DNA from: Minisyncoccia bacterium
GTDB taxonomy: Bacteria > Patescibacteriota > Minisyncoccia > Phycocordibacterales > UBA9973
DNA length: 64,000 nt
Assembly: GCA_049303835.1 (NCBI GenBank)
Contig: JBAQNN010000002.1
Coordinates: forward strand, 94,492 to 158,491
Direction of reading: 5' to 3'
Below the pieces are notes generated by a model that searched no databases, was not told the origin of the DNA, and saw only the letters and a list, made by a program, of their open reading frames with translations. A program made the translations under genes and the position numbers. Shown piece by piece: positions 52,434-59,302 of the stretch (the stretch's first letter is position 1; each line of letters begins with the position of its first letter).

Positions 52434-52862
52434 TCATAAAATGATGTCGCTGACCACCTTTACTCTGGCTTTTTTATTTTTTAAATCCAGATATACAACC
52501 AGGAGATCCACTTGCCACTCTTTACCTTCGGAGATTTTTTCGGACAAAAGATATGTTTGAATTGTCCGTGACATTCGTTTTAGTTTCCAGGGATGCATAT
52601 TATCTTCTGGTCTGTAGTTGTTGTCTGTTGTTACATGTGAAACATTGTCTAGCGTTACACGGGAAACACTCTTTACTTCTATAAAATACAGCCTGTTATT
52701 TTTTTCAGCTATTATGTCTATCTCCCCCCATTTTTTAGTATAATTTCTTTCCAATATTGAAAAACCGTGTTTCACGAGAAACTTTTCAGCTATGTTTTCC
52801 CCAATTTCTCCTATCTTTTGGGTTTCTGATGTAAATTTTTTAGGCATTTTAATAAGTTTCAT
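52434..52862 (-). CDS. YraN-family (UPF0102) endonuclease with an internal 2 x 24-nt tandem repeat
   Basis: GEIGENIAEKFLVKHGFSILERNY...GEIDIIA...YFIEVKS. Start ambiguous (GTG 52871, ATG 52862 or ATG 52847). Confidence 0.75.
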   Translation of the reverse strand: MKLIKMPKKFTSETQKIGEIGENIAEKFLVKHGFSILERNYTKKWGEIDIIAEKNNRLYFIEVKSVSRVTLDNVSHVTTDNNYRPEDNMHPWKLKRMSRTIQTYLLSEKISEGKEWQVDLLVVYLDLKNKKARVKVVSDIIL

Positions 52863-53003
52863 GTGTAACACGTTTCACGTGAAACACTTTACTAAATTTT
52901 AGTGTCTTTTATCATAAAACCCTTACTTTTCAACGTATTTTTGATAAAAATGATCCCAAAAGACAGTTTTGAAATGTGTCCTTTATAAACATTACTAACA
53001 TAG

Positions 53004-53012
53004 TTATCCACA
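53004..53012 (+). promoter_or_regulatory. perfect DnaA box (extended TAGTTATCCACA)
   Basis: Read directly. Intergenic between yraN and tRNA-Gly. Confidence 0.5.
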
Positions 53013-53075
53013 TTTCGCAGTCTTTTTGAGTAATATCCTTTATCTGATGAGGTTTTTGATAAAGGACAAAATTTG

Positions 53076-53146
53076 TGCGGCCAGAGAGAATCGAACTCTC
53101 GTCTCATCCTTGGCAAGGACGTGTTCTACCACTAAACCATGACCGC
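53076..53146 (-). tRNA. tRNA-Gly (anticodon GCC), no encoded CCA
   Basis: Hand-folded: acceptor GCGGTCA/TGGCCGC, anticodon arm CGTCC-TTGCCAA-GGATG, T arm GAGAG-TTCGATT-CTCTC. Confidence 0.9.
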
Positions 53147-53249
53147 TCTTTGTTTGTGAACAAGAACCAGGGATTAAAAATACTGTTTGATTATAATATT
53201 TTATTGATACTAAAGCAATTACAAAAATAGCTTGAAAAATAAGCACTAT

Positions 53250-53278
53250 TTGCCAATATTTTCTGAATAGTGTAAAAT
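53250..53278 (+). promoter_or_regulatory. sigma70-like promoter (TTGCCA, 17 nt, TAAAAT) upstream of tRNA-Arg
   Basis: Read directly. About 25 nt upstream of the mature tRNA 5' end. Confidence 0.4.
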
Positions 53279-53302
53279 AACAGTGTATTATTAGATAATT
53301 CT

Positions 53303-53374
53303 GCACCCGTAGTGAAATGGATATCACAACAGTCTTCGGAACTGTCGTTGGGGGTTCGAGTCCCTCCGGGTGCA
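53303..53374 (+). tRNA. tRNA-Arg (anticodon UCG), no encoded CCA
   Basis: Hand-folded: acceptor GCACCCG/CGGGTGC, anticodon arm ACAGT-CTTCGGA-ACTGT, T arm GGGGG-TTCGAGT-CCCTC. Confidence 0.9.
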
Positions 53375-53440
53375 CAAAGTGCGGGGTACTTTGTGCAAGG
53401 CGGAGCGCGACGGCGCGAGCCAGGGTCGTGCAAATTTTCA
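53371..53440. repeat. GC-rich structured segment between tRNA-Arg and cca, sharing a 16-nt exact match with the rsmA insertion
   Basis: Hairpin TGCACAAAGT-gcggggt-ACTTTGTGCA uses the last 4 nt of the tRNA. 53404-53419 AGCGCGACGGCGCGAG equals the reverse complement of 42089-42104. Confidence 0.65.
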
Positions 53441-53450
53441 GTAGAAAATT

Positions 53451-55079
53451 ATGCCTGACCACAATAATGTTATGGAACAAGATCTAAAAAATTTAATACA
53501 AAAAATACCCAAGGAGGTTTCACATGTAACAAGTACACTAGAAGAAGCTGGTTTTGAAGTGTACCTAGTCGGCGGCTGTGTTCGCGATTTACTGATGAGC
53601 AGAGAGCCCAAAGATTGGGATGTCACTACCAATGCCAAACCGGATCAGATTATTGGTCTTTTTGAGAAAACTATTTACGAAAACACCTTTGGAACCGTAG
53701 GAGTAGTTGTTCCACGCCTGTCCGCCAAAGCCTTGGCGTCGGAGGATGAAACAACAGAAAAAGAGGTTTCACATGAAACTATGATTATTGAGGTCACTCC
53801 ATACAGAATTGAGGCAAAATATAGTGATTTTAGGCATCCAGATGAAGTAAAATTTAGTCAAAAACTAGAAGATGATCTAAAAAGACGCGATTTTGGTGTT
53901 AACGCGATGGCCCTAAGTCCTAAAGGACATCTGGTTGATTTGTTTGATGGTCTAAAGGACATCAAAGATAAGATACTTAAGGCTGTCGGAAACCCAGATG
54001 ACCGATTTGAAGAGGATGCTCTCAGAATGTTGAGAGCTGTCCGTTTTGCTTGTCAACTTGATTTTTCTGTGTCGTATGAAACAACGGAAAGTATTTTGAA
54101 AAATGCGGAATTAATAAAAAAAATTTCTGCCGAAAGAATTCGTGATGAGTTTGTAAAAATGGTTATGTCGCCGAATTCTGCGAGTGGAATGGTGATGTTG
54201 CAAAAATTTAATTTGTTAAAAAATATAATTCCGGAATTAGAAGAGGGGATAGGGTGCGAACAATCGGGCGAACACATATACGATGTTTGGAATCATTTAC
54301 TGGCCGCCCTTCAGCATGCTTCAGACAAGAATTGGCCTTTAGAAATAAGGCTTTCTGCACTTTTTCATGATATCGGGAAACCTCGTTCTAGACGAAGCAT
54401 AACTTCACCTGATGCTTTTGCTCAGTCGCTCGGTCCCTCGTTTCACTCAGCCACTCCTTCACAAAAGCATACAGGTTCAGTTTCTAAATCTAAGAAAAAA
54501 TTTACTTTTTATGGTCATGAAGTTGTCGGCGCACGGATGACAAAAAAAATAATGGAACGGTTAAAATTTTCAAACAAAGAAATTGAAGCTGTGGAAAAAC
54601 TCGTACGCAACCACATGTTCTTCTCGGACACGGAATTGATCACCCTCTCGGCGGTGCGAAGAATCATCACCAAGGTTGGGAAAGAAAACATCTGGTCTCT
54701 AATGGACGTCCGTGAGTGTGACAGGGTCGGGATGAAGAAAAAAGAAGCGCCATATCGCCTGCGGAAGTACTTTGCGATGATAGAAGAGGCACTGAGGGAC
54801 CCAATATCTGTAAGCCAATTAAAGATAAACGGCGAATTTATGCAAAAAGAGCTCGGAATTGTTCCTGGTCCCAGAATGGGGTGGATTTTGAGTGCTCTTC
54901 TAGAGGAAGTCTTAGACGCTCCGGAGAAAAATACTGTGGAACATCTCTCGGAATTAGTGAAATCTCTGAATATGCTAGGAGATGCTGAACTCAAAACTCT
55001 TGGTCTTCGTGGAAAAGAAAAAAAAGAAGAGCTTGAAGAAGAAGAAGTTGCCAAACTTCATAAAAAACACGGAGTCTAA
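53451..55079 (+). CDS. cca: CCA-adding tRNA nucleotidyltransferase with HD domain
   Basis: 542 aa, GGCVRDLL, DWDVTT, RRDFGVNAMA, HDIGKP...YGHE. Carries two apparent insertions (aa ~90-115 and ~312-345). Confidence 0.85.
   Translation: MPDHNNVMEQDLKNLIQKIPKEVSHVTSTLEEAGFEVYLVGGCVRDLLMSREPKDWDVTTNAKPDQIIGLFEKTIYENTFGTVGVVVPRLSAKALASEDETTEKEVSHETMIIEVTPYRIEAKYSDFRHPDEVKFSQKLEDDLKRRDFGVNAMALSPKGHLVDLFDGLKDIKDKILKAVGNPDDRFEEDALRMLRAVRFACQLDFSVSYETTESILKNAELIKKISAERIRDEFVKMVMSPNSASGMVMLQKFNLLKNIIPELEEGIGCEQSGEHIYDVWNHLLAALQHASDKNWPLEIRLSALFHDIGKPRSRRSITSPDAFAQSLGPSFHSATPSQKHTGSVSKSKKKFTFYGHEVVGARMTKKIMERLKFSNKEIEAVEKLVRNHMFFSDTELITLSAVRRIITKVGKENIWSLMDVRECDRVGMKKKEAPYRLRKYFAMIEEALRDPISVSQLKINGEFMQKELGIVPGPRMGWILSALLEEVLDAPEKNTVEHLSELVKSLNMLGDAELKTLGLRGKEKKEELEEEEVAKLHKKHGV
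54407..54476. repeat. hairpin-forming segment within the insertion between HDIGKP and YGHE of cca
   Basis: ACCTG.ATGCTTTTG (54407-54420) pairs with CAAAAGCAT.CAGGT (54462-54476): 14 bp with a one-nucleotide bulge, 41-nt GC-richer loop. Confidence 0.5.
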
Positions 55080-55080
55080 G

Positions 55081-55089
55081 TTATCCACA
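55081..55089 (+). promoter_or_regulatory. perfect DnaA box (TAAGTTATCCACA, TAA = cca stop)
   Basis: Read directly. Confidence 0.5.
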
Positions 55090-55150
55090 TTCCTATCCTT
55101 AGGATAGAGATGGGCTTTTTAATTTTTTGTTTCTATTGTAGTATTTAGAT

Positions 55151-55696
55151 ATGAAACATCACACTATGCCAACCGAGATGCCGGAGATTGTTCTTCGTCT
55201 TGAGCACTACAATGATATATTTTCTGATTTTGACATCCGGCCGTACTCCAAAAGAGCTCTTTCTATAGATTTCTTAGATGAAATAAAACGGGCTACTTCT
55301 GACAAAGAAAATGGGGCAGTAGAGCTCATCTTTCATGTGCCCGAAAAAGATAGAGACGAATCAAGAGAAATAACAATAAGGGAACGTCTAATTGAGCATT
55401 TCAGACGTCACCACCATCTATTGGAAGTAGAAAAAAAACGAATTATGAAGCTCGGAACATGGATGGTTATTATGGGAATTATTTGTATGGTCGCTGCGAC
55501 CTTTGTGATTTTTGAAGATCCTTCACAGAATCTACTTTTATCTTTTTTGGTGGTGTTTTTGGAACCGGCTGCTTGGTTTTTGCTCTGGGAGGGAATGGAC
55601 CAAATTATTTTTAACTCAAAAAGTTTGAATTCTGAACTAAATTTTTACCGTAAAATGTCTAGTCCACACGGAAATATACATTTTAAATCATATTAA
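55151..55696 (+). CDS. hypothetical membrane protein
   Basis: 181 aa, two TM helices near aa 100-150, no motif recognised. Confidence 0.55.
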   Translation: MKHHTMPTEMPEIVLRLEHYNDIFSDFDIRPYSKRALSIDFLDEIKRATSDKENGAVELIFHVPEKDRDESREITIRERLIEHFRRHHHLLEVEKKRIMKLGTWMVIMGIICMVAATFVIFEDPSQNLLLSFLVVFLEPAAWFLLWEGMDQIIFNSKSLNSELNFYRKMSSPHGNIHFKSY

Positions 55697-55698
55697 AA

Positions 55699-56505
55699 AT
55701 GAAAATTGGTATTTTTGATTCCGGACTGGGAGGGCTGATCATCGCGAAAGCTGTGAAAAAAGTGCTGCCAGAGTATGACTACGTATATTTGGGCGACACC
55801 AAGAGGGTGCCGTACGGCAATCGTTCTTATGATGCTGTCTTTGAATTTACCCGAGAGTGTGTGGACTATCTTTTTCACAAAGAAAATTGTGCAATTGTTA
55901 TAATTGCCTGTAATACTGCTTCGGCGCGTGCGTTGCGAAAAATTCAACAAGAATATTTACCTCAAAATTTCCCCAAAAATAAATTTCAGCGAAAAGTTCT
56001 AGGTGTTTTGATTCCCGCGGCAGAAGAATGCACAAAATTTGAAAAAATTGGAGTACTGGGGACGAGGGGAACTGTGGATTCAAATACCTTTCCAGTAGAG
56101 ATACGAAAATTTAACAGACGGGCAAGCATTTTTCAGAATTCGGCGCCGATGCTCGTGCCTTTGGCCGAAGAAGGGGAGACAAAAAATGTCTTGCCGTTTA
56201 TTAAAAAATATTTACAACCTTTCAGAAACAAAAAATTGGATGCTTTGGTTCTCGGTTGTACCCATTACCCAATATTTAAAAGCCAAATTAGGAAGTTGTT
56301 GCCCAGGGGTGTAAAAGTGATTTCTCAAGATGAGATTATCCCAAAAAAATTGAAAAATTATCTAAAAAGACACCAAGAAATCACCCAAAAACTTTCCAGA
56401 AATCACACAGCCAAAATCTTGGTGACTGATATGACAAAAAGTGTAGAAAAATTAACTCAAAAGTGGTTTGGAAAAGATATCAAACCAAAACTAATCAATC
56501 TCTAA
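55699..56505 (+). CDS. murI: glutamate racemase
   Basis: 268 aa, IGIFDSGLGGL, IIACNTAS, LGCTHYP motifs. Confidence 0.9.
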   Translation: MKIGIFDSGLGGLIIAKAVKKVLPEYDYVYLGDTKRVPYGNRSYDAVFEFTRECVDYLFHKENCAIVIIACNTASARALRKIQQEYLPQNFPKNKFQRKVLGVLIPAAEECTKFEKIGVLGTRGTVDSNTFPVEIRKFNRRASIFQNSAPMLVPLAEEGETKNVLPFIKKYLQPFRNKKLDALVLGCTHYPIFKSQIRKLLPRGVKVISQDEIIPKKLKNYLKRHQEITQKLSRNHTAKILVTDMTKSVEKLTQKWFGKDIKPKLINL

Positions 56506-57290
56506 ACCAAAGTAATCCAAAGTGGGCAATGGTCTGAGCCATAATAGTCGTTTAGCATTCCCGAGTCTTTGATTTTTGGCAGGATTTTTTTGTCGGCGAA
56601 AAAATAATCAATTCTCCAGCCGACGTTCCTGTCTCGTGCGCGGGTTTTCTGGTCCCAGTAGGTGTAGACATCTTTTTTGCCTGGGTTTAAATTTCTCCAA
56701 ACATCTATAAAATTATTTTTTACTACTTTATCCAGCCAAGCGCGTTCTATCGGCAAGAATCCCGTATTTTCTTCATTTTCTTTTGGCCGAGCCAGGTCTA
56801 TCGCTTCGTGGGCAGTGTTTACATCTCCGCAGAAGATTACATTTTCGCCATTTTTGCGGAGTTTTGAAATAAATTTTAAAAAAGCATCATAAAATTCAAG
56901 TTTGTATTTTAATCTTTCCGGGCCTTGTCCACCGTTCGGGAAATAGCAGGTTATTATTGTATAATTTTTTAATTTTATACCAATTAGTCTACCCTCATCA
57001 TCTAATTTTTCCACACCCATGCCGTAGAAAACCTTCGTGGGCTTTTCTTTGGTGTAAATAGCGACTCCGCTGTAACCCTTTTTAGTTTTGGGATGCGAAA
57101 AATAAGAAAAATATCCGGGAACGTTCCGTACATCTTCCGGTAATTGTTCTGGTTCTGCTTTTGTTTCCTGTAGGCACAAAACATCTGGACTTTTATCAAA
57201 AAGGGGAGTAAAAAATCCTTGCTTTGCTGTCGCCCGGAGTCCATTTGTGTTCCAAGAAATTATTTTTACCTGTTCTTTGGTATGGTTCAT
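56502..57290 (-). CDS. xth: exodeoxyribonuclease III
   Basis: KIISWNTNGLRA, LCLQETK, GSDHCPL motifs. I use the ATG at 57290 (MNHTKEQ), which removes the overlap with the xer gene given by the track start at 57329. Confidence 0.9.
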   Translation of the reverse strand: MNHTKEQVKIISWNTNGLRATAKQGFFTPLFDKSPDVLCLQETKAEPEQLPEDVRNVPGYFSYFSHPKTKKGYSGVAIYTKEKPTKVFYGMGVEKLDDEGRLIGIKLKNYTIITCYFPNGGQGPERLKYKLEFYDAFLKFISKLRKNGENVIFCGDVNTAHEAIDLARPKENEENTGFLPIERAWLDKVVKNNFIDVWRNLNPGKKDVYTYWDQKTRARDRNVGWRIDYFFADKKILPKIKDSGMLNDYYGSDHCPLWITLV

Positions 57291-57294
57291 ATTT

Positions 57295-58212
57295 TTATTT
57301 TTGATTATGAAATTTTTTATGGATCTCACGGAGATGTTTGTCGGTCACGTGAGTATATATCTGAGTGGTGCCTATGTTCGCATGACCCAACATCACTTGG
57401 ACCGACCTTATGTCCGCGCCGTTGTTTAATAAATCAGTGGCAAAAGAATGTCTGATGACGTGAGGGGTGACTTTTTTGGTGATGCCGGCCTTGATAGCGT
57501 GTTGCTTTACGATTCTTTCAACAGATCTGCGAGTAAGGGGCGCTCCTGTGCCAGGTGTAGGGGAATCTCCGACTTGGATAAATAATGCGTCGCTCATATC
57601 TTTGCGCACGTCCAAATATTTTTTTACCGCTTTTTTTGCTTCATCGGATATAAAGACTACTCGTACCTTGCCTCCTTTTCCTCGGATGGATATCTCATCT
57701 CTTTTAAAATCAAAATCATTGGTGAGGGAACAGAGTTCGGATACGCGCAAGCCGGTGGAAAATAATAATTCAAGGATGGCTTTGTCTCGCAAATCTTTCA
57801 AGGTGTTTCCACTTGGGGAATTTAGAAGCCTCACTAGTTCGTCTGGAGAGATGAGGTCAAGCGATCGTTCGGGAGTTTTGGCCAATTCTATCTGATCTCT
57901 TGGCATGGATTTTATCTCTCTCTTGGTTAAGTATTTCAAAAAAACCCGGAGAGCGATCAGATAATAATTTTGAGTTTTTTTGGAAACAGTATTTCCATTT
58001 TGTCTGTTGTTGCCGGTACTTTGTCTGTTTAACCAGAGGCGAAATTCTCGTACGGAGGCATCATTGATATCGCTCGGACTTTTTATTTTAGCAAATTCAA
58101 AAAAACAAGTGAGATAATGCTCGTAGTTTTCTACTGTCCTTATCGCCCGGCCTTTTTCTATTTCCAAATATTCCAAGAATTCACGTTTGAGTTTGTCTAT
58201 CTCTGTCGCCAT
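57295..58212 (-). CDS. tyrosine recombinase XerC/XerD family
   Basis: 305 aa, ...RHSFATDLLNNGADIRSVQVMLGHANIGTTQIYTHV catalytic region. Confidence 0.85.
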   Translation of the reverse strand: MATEIDKLKREFLEYLEIEKGRAIRTVENYEHYLTCFFEFAKIKSPSDINDASVREFRLWLNRQSTGNNRQNGNTVSKKTQNYYLIALRVFLKYLTKREIKSMPRDQIELAKTPERSLDLISPDELVRLLNSPSGNTLKDLRDKAILELLFSTGLRVSELCSLTNDFDFKRDEISIRGKGGKVRVVFISDEAKKAVKKYLDVRKDMSDALFIQVGDSPTPGTGAPLTRRSVERIVKQHAIKAGITKKVTPHVIRHSFATDLLNNGADIRSVQVMLGHANIGTTQIYTHVTDKHLREIHKKFHNQK

Positions 58213-58218
58213 GACCCA

Positions 58219-58227
58219 ATTTTAACA
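58219..58227 (-). promoter_or_regulatory. extended -10 (TGTTAAAAT on minus strand) 6 nt upstream of xer ATG
   Basis: Read directly. Confidence 0.4.
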
Positions 58228-58281
58228 TAATTTACGAAAATATTGTGCGACACCCAATGGGTTGCATTTTTACGCAGTTTA

Positions 58282-58290
58282 TGCTAATAT
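58282..58290 (+). promoter_or_regulatory. extended -10 (TGCTAATAT) 7 nt upstream of rpsO ATG
   Basis: Read directly. Confidence 0.4.
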
Positions 58291-58297
58291 ATTGAAC

Positions 58298-58561
58298 ATG
58301 TTAGCTACAAAGAAAAAACAAGCAGTTATAAAAAAGCACCAGATTCATGATAAAGACACAGGCTCTCCGGAGGTGCAGGTGGCCGTTTTGTCTACGCAGA
58401 TTGACGCCTTGGCAAAACACTTAAAGAAACATAAAAAAGATAATCACTCTCGTAGAGGTCTGATAAAGATGGTTGCCGACAGACGCACTCATTTGAAATA
58501 TTTGGAACGCAAAGACAAGTCTCGCTACGCTGCTCTGGTAAAGAAAATGGAACTCGCCTAG
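58298..58561 (+). CDS. rpsO: 30S ribosomal protein S15
   Basis: 87 aa from the internal ATG: [35 protein letters not shown]...HSRRGL. The track start at 58262 is a TTG extension. Confidence 0.9.
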   Translation: MLATKKKQAVIKKHQIHDKDTGSPEVQVAVLSTQIDALAKHLKKHKKDNHSRRGLIKMVADRRTHLKYLERKDKSRYAALVKKMELA

Positions 58562-58593
58562 TTTGTCTCTAAAATAGCCAAACTTTTTTACAG

Positions 58594-58602
58594 TGCTATA
58601 CT
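58594..58602 (+). promoter_or_regulatory. extended -10 (TGCTATACT) 6 nt upstream of NYN-domain gene ATG
   Basis: Read directly. Confidence 0.4.
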
Positions 58603-58608
58603 ATATAT

Positions 58609-59118
58609 ATGACAGTTATAAAACATAAAGAACAAAGAGTCGGGGTTTTTATTGATACTCAAAATTTATATCACTCAGCTCGCAATTTGTATCAAGCGCG
58701 AGTAAATTTCGGTGCGGTTTTGAAAGATGCAGTCGCCGGCAGAAAGCTCGTGCGTGCTGTCGCTTATGTCATCACGACAGAGGCAGGAGATGAAAAGAAT
58801 TTTTTTGAAGCTTTGTCCAAACTCGGCATTGAAACGAAGACGAAAGATTTGCAAATATTTGCCGGTGGCGCCAAGAAAGCGGATTGGGATGTGGGGTTAG
58901 CAGTGGATGCCATCAAGATGTCTCCTCGTCTGGACTCGGTGGTCATAATCTCCGGGGACGGAGATTTTATTCCCCTTGTGGAATATTTACAGACTATCGG
59001 AGTGCAAGTAGAAGTAGTTTCGTTTGGTAAATCAACTTCAGGGAAACTGCGTGAAGCAGTGGACGACTTCGTGGACCTTTCCCTCAACCCTAGAAAATAT
59101 TTAATGAGTTCAAATTAA
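58609..59118 (+). CDS. NYN-domain (LabA-like) predicted RNase
   Basis: 169 aa, VGVFIDTQNLYHSARN..., ...VVIISGDGDFIPLVEYLQ motifs. Confidence 0.8.
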   Translation: MTVIKHKEQRVGVFIDTQNLYHSARNLYQARVNFGAVLKDAVAGRKLVRAVAYVITTEAGDEKNFFEALSKLGIETKTKDLQIFAGGAKKADWDVGLAVDAIKMSPRLDSVVIISGDGDFIPLVEYLQTIGVQVEVVSFGKSTSGKLREAVDDFVDLSLNPRKYLMSSN

Positions 59119-59302
59119 TTTTGAAAACTTTTTGCTTTTTTGTCCCAAAATGCTAAGATAAATCCGAAGTCGTGAGTCTTTTAAAAAGTTTATCAGTTAA
59201 CTAACAAGTTCGTCTTTAGATAGAGATAGTGTCTCACTTTTTTGTGAAACAGTACTTTATTCTGAAGATGAGCCCTGCTCGCTTAGGCGGGTAAACCCAT
59301 AA

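Noticed and set aside
53040-53638. Track ORFs 53040-53480, 53191-53433 and 53438-53638 on the minus strand, and 52892-53116.
   Set aside because: They overlap tRNA-Gly(GCC), tRNA-Arg, the promoter spacer or the start of cca, and have no coding features.
57295-58212. The tyrosine recombinase as a marker of an integrated mobile element.
   Set aside because: Its length and catalytic region look like a chromosomal XerC/XerD. It is flanked by xth and rpsO with no att-like repeats or phage/ICE genes nearby.
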